The notes beneath the pieces were generated by a model. The model was not told the origin of the DNA. It did no database searches and was given only the letters and a program-made list of their open reading frames with translations. DNA of 64,000 nt. Source: Octopus vulgaris (taxonomy: Eukaryota). The translations under genes were made by a program, and so were the position numbers. Each line of letters begins with the position of its first letter. The stretch's first letter is position 1. This document shows, piece after piece, positions 37,722 to 50,861 of this stretch. The DNA lies in NCBI GenBank assembly GCA_951406725.2, contig OX597821.1, positions 115,506,001-115,570,000 of the forward strand, in the 5' to 3' direction.

Positions 37722-39336
37722 TCTCTTATTATAAAAGGCAGATTTTATCTGCCTCCCTTTGTATCTTATAGAAATCTACAATATAGGATTTCTTCAATTA
37801 CAATTTACCTAGCATTTTTAAGAGTAGAATGCATCGGGTCGTGCCAGGTCCAGTTTTTAAATTTTCAACCACAATTAAGCAAAATTTAGAGAAAACTCAC
37901 ATTGTGGTGTCTAAGTCAAATGCTTCTCTTAGTGTGGCCTACACCACACGCACACACACAGTGTGCAACGAATAAAGTGAAAGTAATTCACTTTTTGTAG
38001 TGAGTGACTCTTTCAGTCTGTCACTTCCTCTTTACACACATAGACACGCAAATATATAAATAAAATTGTAAGCTAACGTGTGTGTGTGTGTGCGTGTGTA
38101 TGTGTGTGAGGGTGCGTGTGTGTGTGTGCGTGAGTGTGTGACAGGAAAGCTTTTTAGGACGAATATAAGACCTATATCCAAGTAGCAGAAAGATCGCCCA
38201 AAAGTGTATATAGATATTTAAATGTATTTATATATTCATCTATGCACACATGTATGTATAACGTGTGTGTATATATTTCCATAGAGGTAACCATTCACTC
38301 CATACAAAGTTTTTTAGGACGAAAATAAGAGCTAAAGTTATCTCTAAGAAACAGAAAGATCGCCCAAAAGTGTATATAGATATTTAAATGTATTTATATA
38401 TTCATCTATACACACATGTATGTATAATGTGCGTATATATTTCCATAGAGGTAACCATTCAATCCATACAAAGTTTTTTAGGACGAAAATATTTATATAT
38501 AAAAGAAAGGTTGTGTGTCTGTCTACTCCGATTTAGATTCCTAACTACTCCCACATTTTGCGATGCAGTTTAACCAAAACCGGGTATCTTATAGTCGTGA
38601 TTCATATCGAGCCTTTCTGGGTATTAGCGCACGTCTACGATGAGTCTATGATTTTACAAATAATTTACCATCATTTTTTTCCATTTTAATGCATATTTTT
38701 TTAAATAAAGGGAAGTAACTCTCAAACTTCACACCAATATGCGTGCTCATATGCGACGTAATATCACATCAGCAGCATTTCCTCACACCCTCCTTGCACT
38801 TGGCGAAGGCAAAATACCAGGGGATGAAAATGGTAATATTGCCATCGATTCCATTTGTACCATTGTTAAGACGCCTTCTGATCTCAGAGATGCAGTGTTC
38901 CCAGATCTACAAGCTAATTATCAGAATATGGATTGGATTGGCAAAAAGGCTATACTGGCCCCGAGGAATAAAACTGTTCACCATATTAATGATGAAATGC
39001 TAAAACTCATTCCTGGGGAAGTCTATGTATATCAGTCTATCGATACAACTCCTGACCCAGAGGACGTCATCAACTATCCAATAAAGGTACTCAATTCCTT
39101 TGAGCACCCCGGACTACCACCACACTTTCTCAAACTTTAAGTTGGTGCCCCTATAATGCTCATCAGAAATTTGGTTCCTCCAAAACAATGCAATGGCACA
39201 CGTTTGATCGTTAAGTCCTTATCTCCCACCGTAAGCTTATATCAATATTTGCCTGAATAATCATCATAATTCAGTGCAATCATTAACAGTACTTTCAAGC
39301 AATTCAGCCCCGAGCAACGCCGGGCAATTCTGCTAG
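37722..39336 (+). mobile_element. Composite Helitron carrying a PIF1-type helicase fragment (38730-39230)
   Basis: 5' TC at 37722, a second H1-type 5' end near 38490, and an about 160-bp tandem duplication at 38150-38490. Translation NMRAH..LLALGEG..KAILAPRN..SID..YPIKVLNS..PGLPPH.LKL*VGAPIMLIRNL..CNGTRL; 3' hairpin plus CTAG. Confidence 0.9.
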
Positions 39337-39728
39337 TGTATACTAAAATCATGAAACATGTTACGTAATAACAGGCTAATCAGATATGAGATAATAACAA
39401 TTCAAAGTAAACAACTCTGAAAAGGGATTTTGTGCGTTCCCAGAGAATATTAACCCCAGGAGCGCTAGTGTTGGTGTATTCGTGAAAAAGTCACTAACTG
39501 AAATAAGTGGATCTATTGTTTAGGAAAATACTTTTTACTTGTTTAAGGGTTGTACTGGATAAATTGCGAAAATAACTCTAACAGTTCAAATACTAAGAAA
39601 TAACATTTGATGAATATTTGTCCTCATTTTGTTTGTTGTTAACAACAAACAAGATGATAAGTATTAGGCTCACAAAGAATAAGTCCAGGGAGCAATTTCT
39701 TCAAACACCCACAGACAGAATTTCCCAC

Positions 39729-39730
<2 letters not shown>

Positions 39731-39818
<88 letters not shown>
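39731..39818. repeat. (TA)n microsatellite
   Basis: Directly visible. Confidence 0.97.
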
Positions 39819-39820
<2 letters not shown>

Positions 39821-40162
39821 AGTGATAATAAATCTACAGATGGAGAAGAACATACTGCTACCATGTTCTTAATGATGTAATTAACCTCTCTGTCTATATA
39901 TCTACCCTCTTTGTAATGTTGGCAAATGAAATAAGTATAAAAATGTACATTGTCCATTTAATTAAAAAAATCTATATGTGGCTGAAGATTGCTCGACATT
40001 TTAAAACTGATGTAATACAGTGTTTAATAAAATGAAGTAGCATGAAACGATTGTACTAGCTTGGATATCCTTGTTGCTTATTTTGATTATAATCACCCCA
40101 TTTAATTTATATGGATAATACCATACCAAATTCTGGTGCCTTTAACTTAAGGACCATATTCA

Positions 40163-40569
40163 TCTTCTCTCTATATATAAACGGCAGTTTGTCTGTCTGT
40201 GTATCTGTGTGTCTGTCAGGTTGTACCCTTACCCTGACCACGGCTTTCAACCGATTCTGATGAAACTTGACACACACATAGCCCAATGTCATAATTCAAA
40301 ACTAACGCAGCGAAAATTTTGAAAAGTTCTCCCAGTTCTGAAAAAAATCGATAAATTCGACATGGGGTCGAGAATCTAAGCTTTTTATATGCAACACATT
40401 TTCTGTCGGGAGACAGCTAGGAACATCGTATACACAGAAGTATTCGAGTGAAGAGAAGACATTGCAACCTACACATGCGCCTTCGTTCCCTAGAGGGAAA
40501 GAACTAGATTGGGATCGTTGCCTACTAGGGGCTCTTACATACCCGGGCAACACCGGGCTATGCTGCTAG
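40163..40569 (+). mobile_element. Non-autonomous Helitron (family H3)
   Basis: TC..tatatataaacggc start; cccgggcaacaccggg hairpin and CTAG|t end. Confidence 0.85.
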
Positions 40570-40731
40570 TCTGAATCTAAATTTGGAGTAAGATTTACCA
40601 GGATCAAATTTTAGTTTGATAAACGAAGGAAATAATTGAAAATAAAATATCTCGGGCCTACAAGTTCATGATGTTGAACTTATCCAAATTTTTAAAGCGT
40701 TTTAAGGCCGAAGAACAAGTCTCTCTCTTAC

Positions 40732-40911
40732 CAGACTGTTGCTGAGTACCACTGGTACTAATTTTCAACAGACTGTCCTGGAACAACGTGACATGAGGTA
40801 TTTCGCTCAAACACACATCACACCGCGTTATGTTCACGGAGGGTGGAGAATCAAAACCATGACTGGCAGATCTTGAGTTCAACACAACGATCATTAAGTC
40901 AGGCGTCTTCA
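40732..40911 (-). CDS. Tentative upstream exon of the AKAP-like gene
   Basis: Strong donor TCTG|gtaaga in phase 1, compatible with exon 24089. The frame is open, with an ATG at 40894 (MIVVLNSRS..SEIPHVTLFQ..QQQS). The acceptor is weak and there is no homology support. Confidence 0.35.
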
Positions 40912-40959
40912 CTAAATTATGTACGCAATGAAGTCAAATTAAAAGGAACAATTATTTTA

Positions 40960-41350
40960 TTTTTTTACTTGTTTCAGTCATTTGACTGCGGCCATGGAAG
41001 AGAACTGCTTTTAAGGGTTTTAGTCGAAGACATTGATCCCAGGACTTATTCTTTGCGAGCCTAATACTTATTGCATCTTTTGCTGAACCGCTAGGTTACG
41101 GGGACATAAACATACCAGCATCGGTTATCAAGCGATGGTTGGTGGGGACAAACACAGATACACACATATAAACACACACACGCACACACATATACGACGG
41201 GCTTCTTTCAGTTTCCGCCTATCAAATCCACTCACAAGTCTTTACTCGGCCCGAAGCTATAGTAGAAGACACTTGCCCAAGGTTCCACGCAGTGGGACTG
41301 AACCTGGAATATGTGGTTGGGAAGCAAGCTTCTTACCACACAGCCACGAC
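40960..41350 (-). mobile_element. tRNA-derived CORE-type SINE
   Basis: Minus-strand head gtggctgtgtggtaagaagc..aggttcagtcccactgcgtgg..cttgggcaagtgtctt. Confidence 0.85.
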
Positions 41351-41839
41351 TGAACGTTAATTTATTCAATGATTGTTATTTTTAACTACTATAACTATTA
41401 ATATTTGTTTATTTCTAACGAAGTCTAACATGTTAGAGCAGTTAGTCATATGCACGGCACCATGAAAGTGAAAGTAGTTACTTCAAAGGTTTACAAAATG
41501 AAACTATTTAGTATTGAAAGGAAAATAATGAACTGACATTGTCAATTTGAAAGGTTGACTACGTTCTTAATTAACGTGCGCAACATGGCTATTAATTATC
41601 AAAAGCATATCGAATGTTAATACACGAGAGAACGATTAACAGCAAATACACGCGACATAATTACTTTTCTGTAAAATTTTGCTCTTGATAGAATGTGTTA
41701 GCATTTTAGTGTTTGAAGATAGAAAATAGGTATATACGAAGAAATAATTATCTTATCAAAATAAATTCTGTTTGTTACAATTTGCAATAATTCAGTGAAA
41801 GGAATATATTTTACACAAGAAAAACAACAAAAAAAAAAG

Positions 41840-42990
41840 GGGGGAAAAACATCAATGCAATACCAAGTGCCTCAATTGGTCGCACATCACAAAGGTTCAA
41901 CGGTACCTGCTGAAGCATGGCAAAACGCTTGCAGCATTGCGATGGTGAAGCTTGGGCGTTGGAACAGCCAAGCACCTTCACGGCCATCTCCTGACACCTC
42001 GGTCAGACGAGCTGTCAACGATGAACTTCGCCTTTAACGGCCCAGCCGCTCCAAATGTCTCAAACACCACAGCTTGGAAGAGATAGTTCACTGACAAGTC
42101 CCGATATTTCAGGATTTTGTTCCGTTCGGCTACGGAATTAGTGACGTTCCCATTTACCACAGCATCCAGGATGTGGGAAGGAGCAAACGAGTCAAAGACT
42201 GTGACGTCCCAGATGAGACACCTACCTCTTACTCAGGGACAGACTACCTGGTCTTTTCCTATCACTTCTGGATAATCCTGCCAGCTCCAGAACTGACGGG
42301 ATATTAATCTGAGCCAAAGCACGCTTAATGAGTAAGTTTAGCACGGTGTGACGAGCGAAATAACAAACATTTAGGCGGCAAGATAACCGTGAAAACCTGT
42401 GAAGTTGAGGGGCTTACCGCAGCGACATTTCAGTCCCCTACAGACGTCGGCTCCCACTGTCATAGAGATGTGGAGCTCATCTACAGTGAGTAGACCCCCA
42501 ATACTGGCCACAAGTAAGGCATCAATCCAGTCTTCCGAGAATTTTGCACTAGCAGAAAGTAGGTGACACCTTGAAAATTGATCAGGTTGATCAAGGAGAG
42601 AATTGAAAGTGACACTTAAGTGTACATTGTTTCATACTCTCTGCTTCTGTCTATCCTCAACTGTAACAGGAACTGAAAAAAAAAACCCAGCTCTCTCTAC
42701 TGTAATAGAGCTTCATCCATCTTCCTAGTCTGTGTTGGATAGGAGAGAATGTTGCCTACTAGAGGAGAGCAAGTATAGATGGAGGAAAGAATACGGGGAA
42801 GAGATAGAGAGGAGCACTTGCGCAAACCCAGACCACTAAACCGTTTGGGCAAAGCAACCTGGTCACGAGGCTCTGGATAGAATCTTACATTGACCAAAAC
42901 CAAGCATCGAGTTTCATGAAGATTAGGTCGTCAAAGCATGGGAGAGGCGACGAGAATCTGGGAGGGACAAACTCTGCACTTGATTGCATC
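41840..42990 (-). mobile_element. CRE-like non-LTR retrotransposon 3' portion (zinc knuckle plus restriction-like endonuclease)
   Basis: GLGLR, CRCG..GFH, RHTVLNLLIKRAL, DRKRP, LIWDVTV.D, AERNKILKY and FETFG motifs across frames. Confidence 0.8.
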
Positions 42991-43014
42991 GATTTTACTT
43001 TTTACCTTCGAAAA

Positions 43015-43069
<55 letters not shown>
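43015..43069. repeat. (ATT)n microsatellite
   Basis: Directly visible. Confidence 0.97.
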
Positions 43070-43071
<2 letters not shown>

Positions 43072-45627
43072 AAACAAAACTATTCTGACTAAGAAATACA
43101 TGCGCTTTCATGGGGCCTTGAAACGATTCTGTCAGTTATAAAGTTGCATCAAATAGAGTTAGTACTAGTATTAAAAAGCACATTAATGATAGATCTAAAT
43201 ACCATTTAAGTTTTAAAAAATAAATAAATAATTATCTGGGTGTTGGCTTCCAATAAATAGTAACAATAAAGTCCTAAATGTAGCAACCCATCAAACAAAA
43301 TATCAAGGTTGAAATCGTAAAAAATTGTTTTAGGAAATACAAGTGAAATATATCAAAATGGATATCTGGATGAAATTAATGATGCAAACGTTAAGTGTTG
43401 TTAATTGACTCTTAGAAATTTAAAATGAAAACAGATAACCAGAAGCAAAAATAAAAAAAACTTCCAAGACAAGAACGACGGTGATTCTGAAATATTACAA
43501 TCAAATATATATTTAACGAGTTCTAAAGATAATTAAACCATACGAATAAATAAACCAATACGTTGAAATAAAATTTTCAAACAAGAATTGTGTATTATAT
43601 CGAAATATTCTTGAATTCTTCGCTAATTATGGCAGATAAATTATGAATTTTATAAAAATAGAGCATTAATAATATTTTTATTTACTTGAAATAAATACCA
43701 GATGTTAAAATGTCATTTTGTAGCTAAAACAATTGGTGTCTTTGCAAAGGAAAATAACGCCACAATGCCGAGCAATTAATTACAAATATAAATGTCCATT
43801 TAGTTAATATCATTTTATCACAACAATAATATTTTGTAGAACACATATTGTATGTCACTGTTTGTTACAGCAGTCTAAATGTTTTGATGCTGAGATGTCA
43901 TTTAGTTGACAAGTAGTAGTAAGGCTGGTTAAACATGAAGGCTGCAAGCCTTCCGAGACCACCCTTAATTGTTATTATTATTATTTTCTTTTTTTTTTGT
44001 GGGGTGGGGCTTTAAATTTCATAGCGATAAAACCGTGTCGTGTTTTCCCTATTTATACAACTATATATACTTAACAATTTAACTTTTTCATAGATCGAGG
44101 AATAAAGACAGTGGTAGTCTTATTGTTATTTCATGACAATATAGAAAACGAACAATCTATAAAGTAATTGACACATTAATTGGTGGCATTACGAAACACT
44201 TAATTAATGCTACTAGTTTTTGTATTTCTAAATGTGTAGAAGTAATTATTCAATACTGTCGTAGGCCAAATCTGAAGAAAGGCAACTGCTATGATGCTAC
44301 CTGGGTAGAATCAGTCACAGTGAAAATCAATGTTTTCAGTCAATGACTGAAAATACAATTAATTACTGTCATTAAACCGTAGTCTTGATCTGATTAAGCA
44401 AACCTATGATCAAATGTATTTCAACCATAACATTTTAAGAGAATTTAAATCAACATTTTTTTTAAGTGCCCTTCCCGTTTTTAAGAGAGTGGGATGTTTT
44501 CAGAGGAAATTTAATTGTTATTTCTAGCAAATTGAGCAACCACGTAGAGGCTCCCTGCTTGGCTCGAGATAATTAATTGTTTGTATCGGAAATATTTGGA
44601 TCGCTTGAAATCTATGATTGCCATGGCAACAGTTAAGACTACTACTACACTGACTTGCAAGATATGTGATAAAAACATTCGAAAAACTATTTCCAATATT
44701 TATTCCTTTAAAAAAAAATGAAAGGAAGGAAAAATATAAAACAGCAGAAGAAGAAACATGAAGATAAGGAATGGTGCTTGAAAAATATATAAGTGGATCT
44801 TACCAGCTTCCAGTTCCATGTCGCTATTTGGGGAAAGCTACGGATAAGACGATGTGTAAAGATATTGTACTGGACTTGATGTGTTGTGTGACAATGAGAA
44901 CGGATGACAGTGAGCCAATTAGAATAAGAAAGCAATCACAAGAAATTCTTGACAAACGGCTTGTAGAGAAAGTGAATGAGGATGGGGTGTGCGCATCTGC
45001 TGTGGGGAAAGCATGGTTGTAGCAGACTAATGTGAATTGTCTCCCTTCGCATTATTATAGCATCTGCAGCTGTTAAGATGTCTATCTGCTTAGGCAATCG
45101 CCATCCCTTTCTTTCTGGGAAAAACAATACACAAGTGACAGTCATTCCTTTCTCTGAGCTGTAAATTGCGATATTTGGCGCTTTTGCCAATAATAGGTGT
45201 GAGCATAGCTGTGTGGTTAAATAGTTCACTTCACACACCTGTACTTTTGAATTCAGTCCCACTGTGTCAGTACCTTGGGTGTCTCCTGCCATAACCTCAG
45301 GTTGGCCAAAGTCTTGTGAGGGACATTTAGAGGACAGAAATTACGTGGAAGCCTGCCAGAGAGACTGCTCCTGTTCTAGAGTGGTCAACTTAATGCATCA
45401 ACCAGTTAGACACCACCAGTGCCTTCAGCAGAGACCAGTAATTGTGAGTATTCAGCCTAGACTGATTAAAGAAGCAATGTCCCCTTTCCCTCAAACTAAA
45501 CCATTTTAAAGAAATGTTTGAAATAAAATGCGAAATGATATTTTTTTTAATATTTCAATTAGAATTCTGTGAATCAACTAAATATTTACTGATAGATTCA
45601 AATATTTTCAATGGTATGTTGAAATAA

Positions 45628-45840
45628 TATTGGTTTCAAATTTTGGCACAAGGCCAGCAAGTTCTTGGGAGAGGTTAAGCCAATTACATCAACCCTAGCA
45701 TTCAACTGGTACTTATTTTATCAACTTTGAAAAGATGAAGGGCAAAGTTGACCTGGGCAGAATTTGAACTCAGATTGAAAAGACAGATTAAATGTCACTA
45801 AGCATTTTGCCCAGCCTTTCTAATGATACTGCCAGCTCAT
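45628..45840 (-). mobile_element. tRNA-derived SINE (CpG-decayed copy)
   Basis: Same family as 34868-35315. Confidence 0.8.
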
Positions 45841-45982
45841 TACTGCTCATTACCGTGGTATGTTTAAATAATATTGATTTATATTTCGTTAGAGTGTTAC
45901 ACTACAAATGTGTGACCAATATTTTTTAATAGCAATTTTTCCAACCCATACTAGCCCAGTCAATTATATTAAAAGAAATATT

Positions 45983-46214
45983 GCTGCCAGCCTCGCCTGG
46001 CACCTGTGCCGGTGGCACGTAAAAAGCACCCACTACACTCACGGAGTGGTTGGCATTAGGAAGGGCATCCAACTGTAGAAACACTGTCAGATCAGATTGG
46101 AGCCTGGTGCAGCCTCCTGGCTTCCCAGACCCCAGTCAAACTATCCAACCCGTGCTAGCACGGAAAATGGACGTTAAACGATGACGACGATGATGATGAT
46201 GATGATGATGATGA
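45983..46214 (+). mobile_element. 5'-truncated (ATG)n-tailed SINE
   Basis: Family 3' end with a (GAT)n tail. Confidence 0.85.
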
Positions 46215-47039
46215 TTGCATTATCAATTTGTTAAACAAAGCAAAGAAGCAGCAATCTGCTAGAAGCTAACAATTCTTTGATATCATATCAATATCCTTGA
46301 TGTAAAACTGTTCACCTATTTACTAATATAAATCTTAGAATGATTTAAACATCAATTCACCAAGGATAGTTAGGTATGACAATATCAACTGTCAGAGAAC
46401 TTCAAGTAATACTCTCCACCTAAAATCTCCCATTGTGTTGTAAACTTAATCTGTTGCTAAGTTTGATACCACCTCCTCACTTTTGAATGTGTTTAGCAGA
46501 GATAATTCTGCAGCAAATATTTGAGTTGGGCCTCTTAATTTTCACCAATCTTGTAAAGTTTAACCATAACAAAATTTAAGAAGTCTCCATAGAGAAGTTA
46601 TTGCATATGTTATGCACATCAGGTACCTCTGTATTCAAACGAAATATGAAAAACTTACTTTAATCATAACTACAGAATGATGTAGAATAATCAAGTTTTG
46701 TTGTTAAAACATAGCTAGTAGAAATTTAAAATAGAAAGAACATAGGACCAGTAAAATTCTTTCTAATTTTGGCACAAGGCTACCAATTTTGGAGAGAAGG
46801 GACAAGTTGATCCCAGTACTTGATAGGTACTTATTTAGCTGACCCCAAAAGGATGACAGGTGAAGTCAACCATAGCAGAATTTGAGCATCAAGGGCAAAG
46901 TGAATAATAAGTCTATGGGCCACCATCTGCAACATTCAGCAGTGTTGTTTCACTTCCTTAAGGACAACTTAATTGGTAAGGAACTATTTGTCACAGTCCC
47001 AGACTCCTTTCTGTTCTACTAATGGGCAAACTAATTTCC

Positions 47040-47832
47040 TGGGAGACGACTGCGCTGGTATGGCGATGTGGCGAGAATGGATGTGGATAGCTGTGTGAAA
47101 AAGTGCCACACCTTAGCGGTTGAGGGAACCTGTGGAAGAGGTAGACCCAGGAAGACCTGGGATGAGGTGGTGAAGCATGACCTTTGAACATTAGGCCTCA
47201 CTGAGGCAATGACTAGTGACTGGACCTTTGGAAATATGCTGTGCTTGAGAAGACTCGGCAAGCTCAAGCCTATGCCAGGGGTGTAACCAGTCCACTTATG
47301 CATACCTTTCCTTCATTGAACACTAAACTCTGTTTGCGAAGACCTGTTGAGGCGAGTGAAATCGAAATCAAATTCAATGACTGGCATCTGTGCTAGTGGA
47401 GCACTAAGAGTACTATATGAGCGTGATCGTTGCCAGAGCAACAAGCTGGCCTCCGTGCCAGTGACACGTAAAAAGTACCATTCGAGCATGATCGTTACCT
47501 GCATCACCTTACTGCTTGTGGCACATGAAAAAACATTCGAGCAAGGTCGTTACCAGTGCCGCTGGACTGGCTCCTGTGCAGATGGCACATAAAAAGCACC
47601 ATTTGAGAGTGGCCATTGCCAGTACTGCCTGACTGGTCCTCGTGCTAGTGGCACGTAAAAGCACCAGCTACAATCTCAGAGTGGTTGGCATTAGGAAGGG
47701 CATCCAGCCTTAGAAACTCTGCCAGATCAGATTGGAGTCTGATGCAGCCATCTGGTTCGCCAGACCTCAATCAAATCGTCCAACCCATGCTAGCATGGAA
47801 AGTGGACGTTAAATGATGATGATGATGATGAT
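47040..47832 (+). mobile_element. RTE LINE 3' end continuous with the modular (ATG)n-tailed sequence
   Basis: RRLRWYGDVARMD..EGTCGRGRPRKTW is followed directly by the tandem-module sequence and the tail. Confidence 0.85.
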
Positions 47833-48059
47833 GTTGGTGGTGATGTTGGTGGTGGTGGTGGTGGTTTTGATGATGATGCTGATGAACAGAGAGTGGCAAG
47901 TGGAAAACTTTGTGTAAGAAATTATAGGATGCATAGTTGTCAATCGCACATTTACACTAAACTCACAAACTGTATATTGCAGTATAAATGGCCATATCCT
48001 CAAACTCATAAATGAACGGTTTAAGGAAAAAGCCATTAGGGAAAGGGGATATGGATAGC

Positions 48060-48300
48060 CCTTGTTTACCTATTCAAAAGAACCATGAATGCTGACCTGA
48101 ATGTGTCAATCTGGCTGACAGTAGCATGTACGGCATTAGTGCCTGAAATGCAGATTTATACGACCCAAAACTACAGGCTCATAGCATGTTTGAATGTAAT
48201 GCATAAGTTGTTCACAGGCTGCTTGAATCTATTCCTTCAGGGTCACTACAAAACATAGAACGTGGCTACTAATGACGAGGCAAGAGGTGCAATTGACAGC
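48060..48300 (+). mobile_element. Non-LTR RT fragment (R4/NeSL-like)
   Basis: TQNYRLIACLNVMHKLFTGCL resembles the NYRPIxCLNxxYKLFT motif. Confidence 0.55.
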
Positions 48301-48519
48301 TCAGCACCCTAATAATTTCTTACACAAAGCTTTCCACTTGCCACTCTCTGTTCACGTTTAACGGAAATTAGTTTGCCAATTAGTTGAACAGAAAGGAGTC
48401 TGGGACTGTGTCAAATAGTTCCTTACCAATTAAGTTGTCCTTAAGGAAGTGAAATAACACTGCTGAATGTTGCAGATGGTGGCCCAAGGATTTATTATAC
48501 TTATACCCTATACTTAAGG

Positions 48520-49350
48520 CATCTGTCTGCACTCTTGAGGTGTCTGTGTTTACTCTGATTATGCTTGTCTGTACTCTCGGAATGTCAACTGTATATTTAA
48601 AATGTTTGCTGATATGCTGGAAGTTCTTGTTTTCACTGGATATGGATTCTTGTTCACAAGATGTACCAACTTAGGGATGTACCAACTTGTACTCTATCAC
48701 TGTGTCTCTGAGAGTACAATAAAGTTGTGTGTACTGTAGAGATGCTTGTTGCGAGATGTATGCATGTATATGCTGATTGTATGTGCTTGTACGCAGGTGG
48801 TGGGTGTACACTGAATGTGGTTGACTGTAAAGCAGAAGTACCTGCACATGGACTATATATGTATTTCCATATTTGAGGGTGGCGAGCTGGCAGAATCGTT
48901 ACCGCACCGGGCAAAATGCTTAGCAGTATTTCGTCTGCCGTTACATTCTGAGTTCAAATTCCACTGAGGTCAACTTTCCTTTCATCCTTTTGGGGTCGAT
49001 AAATTAAGTACCAGTTACGCACTGGGGTTGATGCAATCGACTTAATCCATTTGTCTGTCCTTGTTTGTTCTCTCTGTGTTTAGCCCCTTGTGAGTAGTAA
49101 AGAAATAGGTATATGCATTTCCATACACTGAATGTACCTGTCTGTACAGTAGATGTCTATATCTATACACTGGAGACACTGGAGGTGTTTGTCACTAAAC
49201 TGGACATATCTGATAAGACACTGTCTGTATACTAAAAGTATACCTTTAGACAGATGATGCCTGTGCACTTGAGGTACACTTCAGGTGAGGTCCCTGTACA
49301 CCAAAGGTGATTGTCTTCATTGTTTTGCCTGTTTGTTCTCTGGACACTCT
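48520..49350. repeat. Degenerate tgtctgtacact-like minisatellite, interrupted by a SINE at 48876-49110
   Basis: Recurrent tgtctgtacact and gtgtacactga variants on both sides of the SINE. Confidence 0.5.
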
Positions 49351-50861
49351 TTGTACACTAAGTAGCATTGCCTAAAGAGGATGCAAAGGAGCACCTGCTG
49401 CTTTTGAGCTCATTTTTCAAAAGTGGCACTTTTTAACAGTTCTTTTTAACGAACTTTGCAGTTCATTCATGTGATAAAAGTCCAATCTCATTATCTTTTT
49501 TTGTTTTTTACTGCATGGCCTAAGCACTGGAAGAATTACTTTATTCAACCAACATCCCTCACAGTTATTTGAACTCTTTGCCCAATCTCTTGTGATTCCT
49601 TGGTGACCATTGGTACTTAGGGGTTCAAGACAAAACATGACATCATAACTGATTCTGGACAATTCTGTGGAGTTACATCTTTTCCAGATCACAAACCACA
49701 ACTCCAGTAATATAACTTCCATACATAACACCACCAAAATTAATTAATGCAGAATACAAATGTGTATTTGTAGCTGTTTCCTCAGCAGAAATTCAATCCC
49801 TGCTCTTATTGTTTCACTTTTTTCAAGAAAATGTTCCTTTTTCTGCACTTTTTCTGTATCTGTTTAGCATGTATTTGTTGCATAATCATCCCCTGACACA
49901 CATGTCCTCATTATTGGCCAATTAGCAACTGTCAATTATATAGCCCCCTCCACCCAGCTCTTTTATTCTCTACAATATAATAGAAAGACATTAGAATTTA
50001 CTTTCCTTTGAGGGCAGGTCTCTTGTCAGAAGACATGTGATTGCCTTTGGCCAATCATAAAAATGCTTTTCTCACCTCATTTCTCCCCCTCTCTCTCTTT
50101 CTCTCTCTTTCACTCTTTCTCACCTTGACTTCATGCTGAGATAAGCTTCAACAGATTCTACATTTGTACGAGTTTTAACAAAAATTTTGTATTAACAATC
50201 AAGAGATATACTAACAGATCTTGCATCAAAGAGAGAATGTTAACATCCTATTGTCAATGAATGGACATTCTATAGTTTGCTATGGATAAAAATTTTGGCT
50301 TTTTATTCCTAACAATTTCATTGTATTTACTTTCAATTCTCTTCAAAATCTCTTGATATGTTCTTACACTGTATAACTGTGTGTAATTTGACGGCTATTT
50401 TTAACGATTCTTATGTTTATACTCTGAAAGATGTTCTTTTGAATTCACTATCAATTTATCTTGTTTTACTCATACACCTTACATGCTAGCACAACTGTAG
50501 GCATCATCTCAGAATCTGGAGAGCAAAACAGTCCAAGGATGCATTAAGAAGGCTAATTCTCATCTGAACAAGCTTTACGAGCATATTAGAGCCATTGAAG
50601 ATAATGAAGAGTCCAAAGATGAAGTCAGTGATGCTGAAAGTGATACCTCAGGCAGCAGTGATGACGCTAACTTCAATAAATGGTAAAATACACAACAAAT
50701 GACCCTGGGTTTTTCTTTATTTTCTCTCAAAATCACAAAACGTTCATAACTTTTGAACCAGAATAGTTTATTCTACTCATCAAAGCTATATTTGTCTCTC
50801 AATAACATCAAAGCATTGTGTTACAAAAATGGTCCCAATGGTGCCATATTAGAGAAACTAT

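Larger units (their letters stand above)
46892..48509. repeat. Inverted repeat (about 190-bp arms) around an RT fragment; left arm split by an insertion
   Basis: 46892-47039 plus 47883-47928 is the reverse complement of 48308-48509. Confidence 0.85.

Noticed and set aside
44771-45022. 83-aa plus-strand ORF
   Set aside because: No recognisable domain or splice context.
49400-50700. Possible piggyBac transposase traces (minus strand 49400-49900; acidic stretch 50590-50680)
   Set aside because: Too degraded to identify catalytic motifs or TIRs with confidence.
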